64,000 nt of DNA from Chamaesiphon sp. (GCA_965246715.1 CBDFFH010000005.1:32001-96000), one strand, 5' to 3'. Shown: positions 10,131 to 20,996, numbered from the stretch's first letter. The notes: generated from the letters alone by a model not told the origin. Translations and numbers: made by a program.

Positions 10131-11309
10131 ATGAATACCTATTCCATCCTAATTGTTGATGATGAACCCGATAACTTTGATGTGATCCAATCACTTCTAT
10201 CTAATGAAGGGTATAAGCTACAATACGACAACAATGGAGAACATGCGATTGCTTCCCTAGAAAAATTCGACCCCGATGTCATCTTGCTGGATGTGATGAT
10301 GCCCGGTCTTGATGGGATTGAAGTATGTAAACAGATCAAGGCGATGTCTAAATGGCAAGCGGTGCCGATTGTGATGGTGACAGCTTTATCTAGTAAAGAA
10401 GATTTGTCCCGCTGTCTAGAAGCAGGGGCTGATGATTTTGTAAATAAGCCCGTGAATGGTCTCGAACTACGTGCCCGAGTCAAATCCATGTTGCGGATCA
10501 AAAAACAACACGATCGGATTCAATCTTTCTCCAAACTGCAGCGGCACAATATTCATTCCTTGTCAAATAATTTGAATGAGATCCGCTTAGACTTAGCTGC
10601 CGAGTTTTCACGTGAATTTGATTACCCGTTAGATATCATCGCCGAGACCACCGAGCACCTGACAAATAATATCGAACAGCTCAGTGTGGCCGCTATGCTT
10701 CATATTTTGGGACAAAACCATCGCTCTACACTGCAATTGCGTAAATTAATGCAGAAATTTTGGTTTTATCTACAGCTTATCGTTGAAAAACCAGCATCTA
10801 ATTATGGGGATGCCTCAACCCCAAAATCGATCGTCGAGCACAGCTTGAGCGATCGATTTAAGGGATTGCCAATCCCCCGGAGTATAATCTGCGAAATCGC
10901 CGACGTACAATTGGCGGTAAACATCGAGCATTTTCAGTGGATCTGCACCGAATTAATAGAACATGTAATTAGTAGTACAAAAAACATTACGCGGACGAGA
11001 ATTTACGGAGAAATTATTGACGACACATTTCATTTTTCATTATCAAATTATCTAAGAGATAGAGCGGATATTTCGATGATAGAAATGACGAAATCGGTTC
11101 AACTAAATGCGTCAACATATGAAGAAAGAGAATTAAAAATAGGTTTGAAAATTGTCAAGAAACTTGTCAACAGTTATGATGGAGTCTTTTTATTATCTAG
11201 CCCCGACGCAGACGAAACCACTGTTTATCTGACTTTGCCATTGGTACCGGAGCGTTTGCCGATGACTGGATCCCAATTTAAAAACCCAACAATATCTACC
11301 CAAAATTGA
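10131..11309 (+). CDS. Response regulator fused to a degenerate histidine-kinase-like domain
   Basis: REC (ILIVDD, DVILLDVMMP, KP). The H-box position reads SREFDYPL; the ATPase boxes are eroded. Confidence 0.85.
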   Translation: MNTYSILIVDDEPDNFDVIQSLLSNEGYKLQYDNNGEHAIASLEKFDPDVILLDVMMPGLDGIEVCKQIKAMSKWQAVPIVMVTALSSKEDLSRCLEAGADDFVNKPVNGLELRARVKSMLRIKKQHDRIQSFSKLQRHNIHSLSNNLNEIRLDLAAEFSREFDYPLDIIAETTEHLTNNIEQLSVAAMLHILGQNHRSTLQLRKLMQKFWFYLQLIVEKPASNYGDASTPKSIVEHSLSDRFKGLPIPRSIICEIADVQLAVNIEHFQWICTELIEHVISSTKNITRTRIYGEIIDDTFHFSLSNYLRDRADISMIEMTKSVQLNASTYEERELKIGLKIVKKLVNSYDGVFLLSSPDADETTVYLTLPLVPERLPMTGSQFKNPTISTQN

Positions 11310-11357
11310 GGGTTAGTAACCGATAAGATCGTTATGACATATTAAAAACAACAATTT

Positions 11358-11450
11358 ATTGCCAACGTAGGGGTAATGTCTTGTCTCACTAAACCCTCGG
11401 GGAACCCGAGGAGCGCGAGCCGCTTCATGAATTACCCCTACCTTGGCAAT
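11358..11450. repeat. GTAG-type REP palindrome interrupted by a second small hairpin element
   Basis: ATTGCCAAcGTAGGGGTAAT, about 46 bp containing CCTCGGggaaCCCGAGG, then TCATGAATTACCCCTACcTTGGCAAT; between convergent genes. Confidence 0.65.
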
Positions 11451-11481
11451 AGCAGATCTGGATTTCATTCGATCCTGATGC

Positions 11482-12660
11482 CTAGGGAATGATGCGGATT
11501 GCCAGAGCTTGGGGAGCCAAATGTCCGCGATTTGCGGGTATATCCCGAATCATATTACCTTGGGGGATTGCTAAGTGGCTGACACTATTAATGGGGAGTT
11601 GATAACCACCCAAACAATTGCCCTCAGTCCAGACAGCCAAGCGATCGTTATCCAACACCCACCAATTCGGTACCTCGATTCGGGAGCTACCTGGAGTAAC
11701 ATTAAAAATCGAAGTCCGATAGATGGCTTCATAGCCCCCCCTCCCATCAGGACGCATGACGGCAATCCGTGCGCGTCCGGGAGCTACCCATGTGGTTTCG
11801 ATCGATCGCACTCGACCAAAATTTAAGGGGTGATGGAGGTCGATATAGAAAAAACCGCCCGGTAGCGGTTGCAGTTGCTGTTGAATTAAATCCCCCCCCT
11901 GAGCCTGTGGGGGTGCTGGCTCTAGCCCCAAATCTACCATCTTATTGGCCATATATGAGGCAAATACAGCATGACCCAAATTATTCAGGTGTAAGCCATC
12001 AGCCGAATAATCAGCCAGATCTGATAGTGGAAAGGCTTCCTGGCCAGAGTCGATAAAATAACCACCAATTTGGTTGGTGGTTGCTTGCAATATGCGATCG
12101 TAGTCTTTGCGTCGATCGAGTGTAGCTTGATTGGGTTGGGAAGTACTGATAATTAATTGGTGCGGCTTAAATTCCTGCACCATCCCCGTCAGCATCTTGG
12201 TTAAATCGCCGCTATAGGTGCCACTTTGCGTCGCAGTTCCCAAGATAATTCGCCGAAAAGCATCATTAACACCATAGAGGACGATCACTCGATCGGGATG
12301 ACGGGATAAAACATTCGATCGCCAGCGTTCTAGTCCCGATGGTACCGAAGCTAATTCCTTGTCCCGGAGGGCAGTGGAAACTGTAGATCCAGAGAGTCCT
12401 TCATTAATCTCTTCCCAACCTAGATACCGCGATAGCAATGTCGTCCACCGCCGATCTCCTCTAGTCGTTCCAAAGCCAACCGTACTACTAGACCCAAAGA
12501 AGACCACTTTCGGTAACTTTTTAGGTTGAGATGGGGACTGTTTCGATCCAGTTGGTGGGGGTGATGAGTGAGCGATTAGTGGCTGTGTACCCCAAACACA
12601 ACAACTGATACTGACAAATCCCAGTAGCTGCCCAACAATACTTTTAGCGAGTTTTACCAT
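11482..12660 (-). CDS. Secreted SGNH/GDSL hydrolase with a C-terminal extra domain
   Basis: Signal-like N terminus; FGSSS (block I), GLSG, YGVND, DGLHLN. Overlaps the upstream gene by 17 bp. Confidence 0.8.
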   Translation of the reverse strand: MVKLAKSIVGQLLGFVSISCCVWGTQPLIAHSSPPPTGSKQSPSQPKKLPKVVFFGSSSTVGFGTTRGDRRWTTLLSRYLGWEEINEGLSGSTVSTALRDKELASVPSGLERWRSNVLSRHPDRVIVLYGVNDAFRRIILGTATQSGTYSGDLTKMLTGMVQEFKPHQLIISTSQPNQATLDRRKDYDRILQATTNQIGGYFIDSGQEAFPLSDLADYSADGLHLNNLGHAVFASYMANKMVDLGLEPAPPQAQGGDLIQQQLQPLPGGFFYIDLHHPLNFGRVRSIETTWVAPGRARIAVMRPDGRGGYEAIYRTSIFNVTPGSSRIEVPNWWVLDNDRLAVWTEGNCLGGYQLPINSVSHLAIPQGNMIRDIPANRGHLAPQALAIRIIP

Positions 12661-13930
12661 TTGCCCAATCTTCTAAAGGAATCGAACCAATATGACTATA
12701 GAGGATTGCTTCTAATATTTGACCGTTAGTATTGAGTGTGAGCGATCGATTGATTTCTTGAGTACCTTCGTATACCCCGCCGAATACACCACGATCGGGG
12801 TCTGCCAGCCACCGCAAGCCTTGGTAATTGCGTTCGGTATACCGATTGCGAAATAACATCTGCCAAGACACAGCTGTCTTGGTGCTGCTAGTACTAAATT
12901 TATCGCTATCCTGACCGGATGGATTCATCGTTTTCCAATTTTTCCCATCCACATGGACATTGTTATATACAAACCAGGGTGCGCGATCGAGATTGTCCTC
13001 AGACCAGGCGGTAAAATGTCCAGTAGCCTGAGCGCGGCGGGTTTGAGCTTGTAATACTCGTCCCGCATACTCAGCAGGTAAAGCTTTAAATCCAGTTTCC
13101 AGCCCGTCTAAAACATAAGGTTCGCTGGTGACATAGTTATGGTAACTAGTGCGGGTATCGGCAGGAATTTGTACCCCCATCACATCGACATTCTGTTCGT
13201 GCGCTTTAGGATCGATCGCATTTTTCGCCACCACTCCCAATTTTTTCATCCCATAGGCGGCATACTGTTCGTAGCCCAATCGCCCTTCTTGATTCCACTC
13301 TTCTTTACCCTTTTCAATATGCACACCCATTAAATTTCCCTGACTTTCGAGTCGGGTGAGTTTCCATCTTGCTGTGACTGCGTTACAGGCTGCTTTGTGC
13401 TGAGGATAACGATGGGCGATAATATCCAGCCATAGTGCCAATCTGCCTAGATCGATCGCTGAAAAGCCAATTTCTTCGGATTTATCCAGCTTGCCATAGC
13501 TGACTGGTTGCAATGTAGCAGCATTGTAAGCTTTATTTGGCAACTCACCTTTGTACAGCGGCATTTTAGCCAGAGATACGAGCACTTGAGCCATCCATCG
13601 ATCGAATTCTGGCGCAGAGAGTAAATCTAATTCCCGTGCTGCCGTCATCCCGGCAAATTGACTGGCAACATCCCACATGGTGGTGGCGGGAAATTTAGCC
13701 GCAGATGAGACAAGTCCCGTCGGCAATCGATTAGTCTCAAAATATTTCCAAGCATTCCGCGCGAGTTGCAGATCTTCTCCCGTCAGCGGTACGCTACGCT
13801 GGACGGGTACTGGCAATACGCTAGTCTCTTGCCAATTTAACAGTTGATTTACACCGAAACCAGTCAAACCGATCGCTAGACAGATAGCAGCTTGCCAGCG
13901 GAGATTAAATGATTGAGGGATAGTTAACAT
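12644..13930 (-). CDS. DUF3131 family protein (putative glucan hydrolase/transglycosylase)
   Basis: ARNAWKYF, TTMWD, ELPNKAYN, SAIDLGR, QEGRLGYEQYAA, SEPY, SEDNLD..PWFVYN; N-terminal membrane anchor. Confidence 0.8.
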   Translation of the reverse strand: MLTIPQSFNLRWQAAICLAIGLTGFGVNQLLNWQETSVLPVPVQRSVPLTGEDLQLARNAWKYFETNRLPTGLVSSAAKFPATTMWDVASQFAGMTAARELDLLSAPEFDRWMAQVLVSLAKMPLYKGELPNKAYNAATLQPVSYGKLDKSEEIGFSAIDLGRLALWLDIIAHRYPQHKAACNAVTARWKLTRLESQGNLMGVHIEKGKEEWNQEGRLGYEQYAAYGMKKLGVVAKNAIDPKAHEQNVDVMGVQIPADTRTSYHNYVTSEPYVLDGLETGFKALPAEYAGRVLQAQTRRAQATGHFTAWSEDNLDRAPWFVYNNVHVDGKNWKTMNPSGQDSDKFSTSSTKTAVSWQMLFRNRYTERNYQGLRWLADPDRGVFGGVYEGTQEINRSLTLNTNGQILEAILYSHIGSIPLEDWANGKTR

Positions 13931-13972
13931 AATTTTGATCCAGTATTAAATATTTTTAAAATTTGAAAATCA

Positions 13973-14179
13973 TTAAATTATTTCCGAATCCTGAATCTCG
14001 ATCGAATCAGTTTCATCTTCAATTGTGATAGTGAGATACTTTCCCTCTCTCCGAGCACAACAAACAATATCATTGTTGCCATCAAGTCCAGCAGAGAGAA
14101 TTGATTCAAAACGACTATTGCAAGCTTCATTAATAATATCGAGCAACTGAGGATACATTTCGGGTGATATTGATTGCAT
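13973..14179 (-). CDS. Small hypothetical protein
   Basis: 68-aa ORF with AGGAG upstream. Confidence 0.55.
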   Translation of the reverse strand: MQSISPEMYPQLLDIINEACNSRFESILSAGLDGNNDIVCCARREGKYLTITIEDETDSIEIQDSEII

Positions 14180-14250
14180 TTTTTATATCTCCTACAATAA
14201 TTTGTCAGTCTAAATGAAAATCGAAGATAGTAGCGATGGGAGATTGAATT

Positions 14251-14640
14251 TTAGGCAGCTACAAGGTGAGGTATATTCAACAAGATAACTTGATTTGATA
14301 AACTGATGTAAATAGAAAGAAGCACGTCCGGATCGACGATCGTGAGATCGCGATCCACGACATGTTTATTTTTACTAACTATTCCCACGTATTGTTGCTG
14401 AAATACGATCGTTGGTGGATATAAACAGCAGCGGTTGTAAGGGCTATGTTGCCCATATTGACCCCCATAGATGCCATGCTCATAATAGATACTATTGATA
14501 TTATAAGCATTGCCATATGTTCTCCGATTTATAATCGAGTTAGAATCGTTGCGATCGCTAGATAGTATGCCTAAAAATTGACCATCTTGTGCGTACAACT
14601 CAAGTTTTCCATCAAGCGAGATCAGATCTTGGAGAGTCAT
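14251..14640 (-). CDS. Conserved hypothetical protein (Gly/Tyr-rich motif)
   Basis: 129 aa; FLGILSS..DSNSI.N..YG..Y...SI....G.YG..YG..SPYN pattern; GGGG RBS-like sequence upstream. Confidence 0.7.
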   Translation of the reverse strand: MTLQDLISLDGKLELYAQDGQFLGILSSDRNDSNSIINRRTYGNAYNINSIYYEHGIYGGQYGQHSPYNRCCLYPPTIVFQQQYVGIVSKNKHVVDRDLTIVDPDVLLSIYISLSNQVILLNIPHLVAA

Positions 14641-14782
14641 ATATTCCCCTGGTTACTCTATGCTATAGTCCTTTACTTAATTTATGCAAAATCTCCGATC
14701 TAACTAGTGTGATTTATCTACCAATTAATAGTGATTCATCATCTGGATTTCGACACTTACATCTAAAAATCTAGCTCAAGTA

Positions 14783-15958
14783 TCATCGCGGAATAATTCT
14801 AAACAAAACTTCATTTTTGACCATCAGCCAACATAAACCGATCGCGATCGCTTGGGCTAAACTGACCAACCAAGTACTCCCCTGAATCAAGCCCGGAATC
14901 ATAAACCAGATTAAAGTCAAAGGCACATGGATAATATAGACATATAATGAGTTTTGACCCAGGGGAATCAATAATTTACCTAACGTTTTGGATAACGGTA
15001 CCCAAAACCTGTCAACCCCCATAAACATCAGCGAAAATAGCCCCAGCAGCGTTACCAACCGAATTGGGCCATTAATACTGCGATCGGTCAACCGCAGCCA
15101 CAATGCTCGATCTTGTACTCTTGTAGGCCACGTTCCTAGTTGAAGATCTAAATGAGCTGTAATCAGAGCTAAAACGACGATCGCTAGCATCCCCAGTAGT
15201 ACTGGTATTTTGGGCAACCGTTTCCAATTTTTAGCTAACTTATCTTTGTGATAACCAGCGGCGACACCATGAACGTAAAGGATCTGCCAAGTACTAAATA
15301 CAAAGTAAGGATGAGCGCGATCGAGTGGTTGAAAACTAAACGAATAAGGATGCACCTGTTGAATCCACCACAACGTCCAAGAGGCAGTTAATAGCGGTAA
15401 TAAAAGTCCCCGCCGCAATAACCAAAATATGGCGGGAGAAGCCAATAAACACAATACATATAGTTGTAAAATATCGACGATCGGTGGAGTCAAATGTAAT
15501 GTGCCAGCTGCTAACAAAATCTGCCACCACTCCCCAGGTGCCCGATCGAAGCTCGGTCTAGTCATCCCTGGTGCGACAATGCTCAATAATCCCAATCCTG
15601 CGATGAGGATAAAGCTAGTAAAATATAAGATCTTCGCTCGTTCTAGCAACTTCTGCATCGCAGAATTCAAGCCAATCTTATCGATTCGTTGTAATGTCAC
15701 AAATCCCAGTACAAACCCAGACAAAAACACAAATCCTTCTGCCGAACTTGCATAGATATGTCCTTGCGTAATATTATTAAAATACGATCGACATTCTAAA
15801 TGATTGACCACCATCGAGACGATCGCCACCCCTCGAAGTAGATCGATTCGTAGATCGCGTTTTCCATAGAGTTCTGGATCGTATTGCCATAATTTCTGAC
15901 GTTTAGGAGGTGCTGAAGTTAGATCTGGATCTGCAACTGGTGGAGAAATAATTGACAT
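14783..15958 (-). CDS. opgC: OpgC-family membrane acyltransferase (glucan modification)
   Basis: RDLRIDLLRG, SSAEGFVFLSG, DILQLY, WQILY, LGQNSLYVY; multiple TM helices. Confidence 0.8.
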   Translation of the reverse strand: MSIISPPVADPDLTSAPPKRQKLWQYDPELYGKRDLRIDLLRGVAIVSMVVNHLECRSYFNNITQGHIYASSAEGFVFLSGFVLGFVTLQRIDKIGLNSAMQKLLERAKILYFTSFILIAGLGLLSIVAPGMTRPSFDRAPGEWWQILLAAGTLHLTPPIVDILQLYVLCLLASPAIFWLLRRGLLLPLLTASWTLWWIQQVHPYSFSFQPLDRAHPYFVFSTWQILYVHGVAAGYHKDKLAKNWKRLPKIPVLLGMLAIVVLALITAHLDLQLGTWPTRVQDRALWLRLTDRSINGPIRLVTLLGLFSLMFMGVDRFWVPLSKTLGKLLIPLGQNSLYVYIIHVPLTLIWFMIPGLIQGSTWLVSLAQAIAIGLCWLMVKNEVLFRIIPR

Positions 15959-15979
15959 AATATCTACAACTTGATTTAA

Positions 15980-17287
15980 CTAAAATTTCAGCCGAACTTG
16001 ACCGATAATAGACTGAATATTTGCATTACTAGTAACAGGTACGATACTTTTGACATTACTAAAGCTATAGCCGAGATCCGCTTCAACAGAGGGTGATAGC
16101 TTAGCAGTACACTTAGTTTGATAGCCGCCAGCATCAGAACTGGTAGCATTGACATTCTGGCCGCCTAAACTAGCTGAAAGTCGACAGTTGAGTACATCTC
16201 GAATCACACTGCCTTCCCAGGCAACTTCGCCTGTATAAACTAGGAAATCTGGAGGTGCAAAGTAGCCTTTGTCAGTGGGATTTTTATAATTCCAGGTGAA
16301 CAAATTACCCGCCACCGAAAACTCACCGAATTTACGCTCGAGCCGACTGAATGACTGTTGTTCTTGGTTATTATCGCTATAGCTTCCCAAGTGCAGTGAT
16401 GAAAATAAGGATGTATCTTTATCTATTTGCCAGAATATAGATGGCCCATACCGAAAAGCCGAAATTTGATTTTCGATCGTTTTGGCATTAAATTTATAAG
16501 ATCCCTGTTGAAGATCCGCAGACACTGTTAAACCACTTGTTAGGGGATAGTCTACTTTGAGATTAAAATTGGGTGTAGTCGATCCGCTCGCTAGATCGAC
16601 TCCGACCCCTGGACGAATTTTGAGCGAATTAATTTTGGTTTCCCAATTAATTCCCAGTGGAATATTGGTAACAGTTTTGGTTCCTGGCTGTTCGTAAGTA
16701 TCATAACCAGTTGTAAACAATAATCGTTCAGCTTTGCTGTCCTGACGGGAATCGCCATTATTGAGCCGAAATATTGCTGTTGATTCGATCGTCCGGTTAA
16801 CTTGACCAGAGTTATTCCACTCGTTATGAACATTGGGTTGTAGTCCCTCCAACACTGCAAAAGGTGCGGCCATTGCAGGTTTGACAGTGGCACCTTCAAC
16901 TGAGCCAGAATTAGCTCCAGGTGGGGGTAGGAGCGGGATATATTCTTTTGGTGGGGGGATATTTAGATCGGGATTAAAGTTATCGGCACCAGCAAGCAGT
17001 TGTGGTGTCAACCTAATAATTTCTGTGGATAAGCTTCGATCTAACGAAGCATTACCAGAGTCAACGCTCTCAGCTGCCGTTGTGGCTGATGATATAGTAG
17101 TTTCGAGGAGTAGATACGCAACAAAACTTCCCGCAGCTAATATTTGTTGCCAAAGTAGAAATTGTCGGAGAACTATTGGAAATTTCATCTTGTGCATCCG
17201 AACTATAGATTCAATGCTCACTAACTGAGCTTTAAACTTCAGTTGTAATTTGCAACTGACTATACCTAAGATGCCCTCAAAATTCAC
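15980..17287 (-). CDS. Putative outer-membrane beta-barrel (polysaccharide-export porin-like); true start may be about 17190-17200
   Basis: Alternating amphipathic strands, GYFAP motif, C-terminal Phe (VRLKF). Confidence 0.6.
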   Translation of the reverse strand: MNFEGILGIVSCKLQLKFKAQLVSIESIVRMHKMKFPIVLRQFLLWQQILAAGSFVAYLLLETTISSATTAAESVDSGNASLDRSLSTEIIRLTPQLLAGADNFNPDLNIPPPKEYIPLLPPPGANSGSVEGATVKPAMAAPFAVLEGLQPNVHNEWNNSGQVNRTIESTAIFRLNNGDSRQDSKAERLLFTTGYDTYEQPGTKTVTNIPLGINWETKINSLKIRPGVGVDLASGSTTPNFNLKVDYPLTSGLTVSADLQQGSYKFNAKTIENQISAFRYGPSIFWQIDKDTSLFSSLHLGSYSDNNQEQQSFSRLERKFGEFSVAGNLFTWNYKNPTDKGYFAPPDFLVYTGEVAWEGSVIRDVLNCRLSASLGGQNVNATSSDAGGYQTKCTAKLSPSVEADLGYSFSNVKSIVPVTSNANIQSIIGQVRLKF

Positions 17288-17627
17288 TCTAATTTAGAAT
17301 TACACCTTTATTACGACAGAATCGTACGCTATTTGGGTACTCACCCGTAAATCAACAATTCTTTCTCCTGTGATGATGCTCTTAATTGGTTCGCTCACTG
17401 TGGCTTATTCATTTGATAACCGCTGTAAGTCTAACAAAGTTTAGATCGATTATCGATCGCAGATCGGTCGCCGAGCAGAATTTCCTGATTGAATCCGCTC
17501 GGTACCAACTATTTTAGGGTGGCTCCAATCTAAAAGATGGATGGCCCATTATTCGCAATAAATCGATCGAGATCCCACTGTTTACACAAGTTCACGCACG
17601 TTATCTGAATTTGGGATTGCTGGTGGG

Positions 17628-17682
17628 AGGGCAGGTTGAGATCGATGGATTTCAGATAGGATCGATCTCCTAAACCTGCCCC
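17628..17682. repeat. Imperfect REP-like hairpin just downstream of lysS
   Basis: GGGCAGGTT-GAGATCGAT ... ATCGATCTC-ctAAACCTGCCC. Confidence 0.55.
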
Positions 17683-17688
17683 ACATCA

Positions 17689-19245
17689 CTAATCTCCTTC
17701 AGACTGCTCGGATGCTTCGGGTTTCAACAATGGAAACGCGATCGCGTCACGAATGCTGGCACAATCGCATAAGAGCATTACCAATCGATCGATCCCGATC
17801 CCCAATCCGCCAGTCGGCGGCATCCCATATTCTAATGCTGTGAGGAAGTCTTCATCCACATCGTGGGCTTCGACATCACCGCTAGCTTTGCGTGCTGCTT
17901 GAGCCTCCAATCGCTGCCGTTGATCGATCGGATCGGTTAATTCTGAGAAACTATTTGCCAATTCGCGTCCGACTGCAAAGAGTTCGAACCGCTCGACGAG
18001 TCCGGGTTTCGATCGATGGGGTTTAGCTAAGGGGGAGATTTCGACCGGATAATCGAGCACGAATGTGGGCTGAATTAGGGTTGCTTCACACTTTTGCTCA
18101 AAGATCTCGTTTAAGAGTTTGCCGAGGGATATAATGTCATTACAACCGTTGATGCCAGCATCTTTGACTGCTATTTGGGCTATCTCGATCGAGTTGAAGG
18201 TACTAAAATCTAACCCAGTAACTTCTTTAACGATCTCGTGCATCGTCACCCTCCGCCAGGGCGCATTTAAACTAATCGGTGTCCCCTGATAACTAATTTC
18301 CAGCGTACCCAGCACTGACTGAGCGACAGTAGTAATCATCCCCTCCGTTAGTGCCATCATATCCTCATAGTCAGCATAGGCTTGGTACACCTCGATACTA
18401 GTGAATTCGGGATTGTGACGGGTAGACACGCCCTCATTGCGGAAAATCCGCCCCAATTCAAATACTTTCTCAAAACCACCAACAATTAACCGTTTGAGGT
18501 GTAACTCTGTCGCAATCCGCAGATACAGCGGCATCTCCAAGGTATTGTGATAGGTATTAAACGGACGCGCATCAGCTCCGCCAGCTTCCGACTGTAAAAC
18601 TGGCGTTTCGATTTCGATAAAGTTTAAGTCTTCCAAATAGCGGCGAATGCCAGCCGTAATCAGCGAACGCTTTCTAAATGTATCCCGCACCTCGGGATTG
18701 ACGATGAGATCGACATAGCGTTGGCGATAACGCTTAGCGACATCGGTTAATCCATGCCATTTATCGGGCAATGGGAGTAATGATTTCGTCAGGATCGTGT
18801 ACTCATTGACTAATACGGACAATTCGCCGCGCTCAGTTCGTGAGATCGTTCCTTTGACACCGATAAAGTCACCGACATCGGTTAATTGCTTGAGATGGGT
18901 AAAAGCATCGGGAGCCGCTGGCATGCCCGCTTCGATTTTCGGCTTCGCTAGATATAGCTGAATCGTCCCTGTCTCGTCTTGCAGGCTAAAAAATGCTAGT
19001 TTGCCCATCACCCGCCGGGCGAGGATGCGTCCTGCGATCGAAACTTGGATATCTACCTCTTCACTATTGGCTAAATCTACATATTCTGTCTGTAATGCAG
19101 CAGCTTGGTGGGTAGATATCCAGTTGTAGGCGTAGGGATTCATCCCTAGTTCTCTGATTTTATCTGCCTTAGCTAGGCGCGTAGCCCGAATCTCGGCAAG
19201 CGTTGATTGTGGTTCTGGTTGCGACGGTGGCTGTTGCTTTGACAT
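17689..19245 (-). CDS. lysS: Lysine--tRNA ligase (class II)
   Basis: OB-fold [57 protein letters not shown]. Confidence 0.98.
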   Translation of the reverse strand: MSKQQPPSQPEPQSTLAEIRATRLAKADKIRELGMNPYAYNWISTHQAAALQTEYVDLANSEEVDIQVSIAGRILARRVMGKLAFFSLQDETGTIQLYLAKPKIEAGMPAAPDAFTHLKQLTDVGDFIGVKGTISRTERGELSVLVNEYTILTKSLLPLPDKWHGLTDVAKRYRQRYVDLIVNPEVRDTFRKRSLITAGIRRYLEDLNFIEIETPVLQSEAGGADARPFNTYHNTLEMPLYLRIATELHLKRLIVGGFEKVFELGRIFRNEGVSTRHNPEFTSIEVYQAYADYEDMMALTEGMITTVAQSVLGTLEISYQGTPISLNAPWRRVTMHEIVKEVTGLDFSTFNSIEIAQIAVKDAGINGCNDIISLGKLLNEIFEQKCEATLIQPTFVLDYPVEISPLAKPHRSKPGLVERFELFAVGRELANSFSELTDPIDQRQRLEAQAARKASGDVEAHDVDEDFLTALEYGMPPTGGLGIGIDRLVMLLCDCASIRDAIAFPLLKPEASEQSEGD

Positions 19246-19427
19246 ATTGCATCGATCTAGGCTGGACTCTCTATTCTAAGTCAAGCACGATCGATATTCC
19301 CTGTCTCGCTCGCTTTTTACGTCGCGACACCCACCAACGCGAATCGTGATGTTAAGGAGCTGCTTAGATTAGCAACATTAACTCATATCTAGAGAACAAA
19401 CACTATTCTCTATTGTCTATCACCTAA

Positions 19428-19763
19428 TTAGCAATACTGGCTGATATCCTCACCGCATTCATCGGCTAGATAGCACATTGCTTTAAATCGGAGCATCACG
19501 ACCTCTTCATAGAGGGGGTTGAGTTTACACATCGGGGGGATGTGTAAGAGCGTGCGCCCAAATAAATTGAGGTCGCGCTCAAAGGGACATTGGGAGGGGA
19601 TGAGTTGACAGAGCTTATGCGCTAGCTGGGGATTGGAGATATTGAGGTTTTCCAGCCAGTTACGCAGGGGTTTAAGCGGATCGAAAGAGTGGACAAACTT
19701 CAGTAGATTGGAACTCATACTTCTATTAGAAAGAGCGGTTCGATCGAGGAGATAAGTATTCAT
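19428..19763 (-). CDS. Mo-dependent nitrogenase C-terminal-like domain protein (cyanobacterial family, not a nitrogenase)
   Basis: LCQLIPSQCPFERD...HIPPMCKLNPLYEEVV.LRFKA.CYLADECGED. Confidence 0.85.
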   Translation of the reverse strand: MNTYLLDRTALSNRSMSSNLLKFVHSFDPLKPLRNWLENLNISNPQLAHKLCQLIPSQCPFERDLNLFGRTLLHIPPMCKLNPLYEEVVMLRFKAMCYLADECGEDISQYC

Positions 19764-20344
19764 GGTCTTGCCCCTGTCTTGAATGTTCGTCTAGATCGGA
19801 CTACATCCGTTCGCGAGCATTTTCCGGAAAGAAAATTTAGATTGGCAGGTATCCAAAAGGTATTCTATCCCGCAAGCATTAGTACCTATCGATATTGGTA
19901 CTACTAGCATGATGAACTAGTTAATACTCTTCTGACAACGGTAAATCCACGGAATTATCATAACGCATTAATCATCCATTTGAGCGAGTTTTCGATCGCC
20001 AACTCTTATACTCTCAGACATACTTCTAATTAAAAAAGTTGCCAATTATTAAAAAAAACCGATCCCCATTGGGTTTTCCGCCAAACCCACTAGTTTGTAG
20101 CGATCGATACAGTTAGAACTGAGAAATTCGATCTAAATTGGTTGGCATCGATCCCCATTGCGTTTACCTTCAAAACTCGCTTATTTAGATCGTAAATATT
20201 CGGTAAATAAAAATCAGTGTAATTAAGTACGGAAACCTCGATCTAACCGTACAACACTTATTAAAAATAGCAACAATTTTGTGATTTTCGACACAGCAAC
20301 GATCGGAACTCAAGCCTGTAGATAGTTTCAGCTTTAGTAGTAAT

Positions 20345-20761
20345 TTATGCTCGATCGAAAGCCCCAGGGAGATAATCTAGCAATAATAAGCATCGACCCG
20401 CAGCAAGATCCGTCAATATATGTAGGCACGTTCCGTCAATTGGTTGGCTAATTGGCTGATGTCTGACGATGGCCACATCAAAGCGACAAGCATAGTCGGC
20501 TAAATGGGGATGCTTGAGCAAAAATAACTCCGCCGCGCTCAATAATCTCGATTGCTTCTGGGGGGTAATTGCCAGCAATCCGTCAGCATCCCAATTCCGG
20601 CTGTTCCGAGTCTTGACTTCGATAAATCGGAGGGTGTCTGCATCGATAGCGATGAGATCGATCTCGCCGCGTCGCCACCGCCACCGCCGATGTAAAACCT
20701 TCGCCCCACCAGCTATCAGCCACTGGGCGACGACTTCTTCCCCTAATTCACCAGTATTCAC
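20345..20761 (-). CDS. yraN: YraN/UPF0102 family nuclease-fold protein
   Basis: GELGE, GEIDLIA, FIEVKTR, CRFDV. Confidence 0.9.
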   Translation of the reverse strand: MNTGELGEEVVAQWLIAGGAKVLHRRWRWRRGEIDLIAIDADTLRFIEVKTRNSRNWDADGLLAITPQKQSRLLSAAELFLLKHPHLADYACRFDVAIVRHQPISQPIDGTCLHILTDLAAGRCLLLLDYLPGAFDRA

Positions 20762-20880
20762 GCTCTACTCGATCGACTTGACTTTAATATAATCACACAT
20801 CTGCAAACATCCGATCTAAGCTGAAACTGTAACTCACAGCTTGCACCAGTTTGCAAATACTAGTGATAACCTTAGATCCA

Positions 20881-20941
20881 GGGTACCCACAAGGGGCACC
20901 CCTACACAATTAACCTGTAGGCGTGCCCCTTGTGGGTACCC
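20881..20941. repeat. Inverted doublet of GTAG-family REP elements
   Basis: GGGTACCCACAAGGGGCACCCCTACA ... TGTAGGCGTGCCCCTTGTGGGTACCC (26-bp arms, one mismatch). Confidence 0.8.
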
Positions 20942-20996
20942 AGTCTCTGCTTTTACTAGTCTTTATATTCGTGTAAGATATGAGTAACAGAATGGG

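Noticed and set aside
19428..19763. Nitrogen fixation gene
   Set aside because: This small domain family is widespread in cyanobacteria and no nif genes are present
19764..20344. Riboswitch or sRNA in the long intergenic region
   Set aside because: No recognisable conserved motif or convincing structure by eye; an Rfam scan is needed
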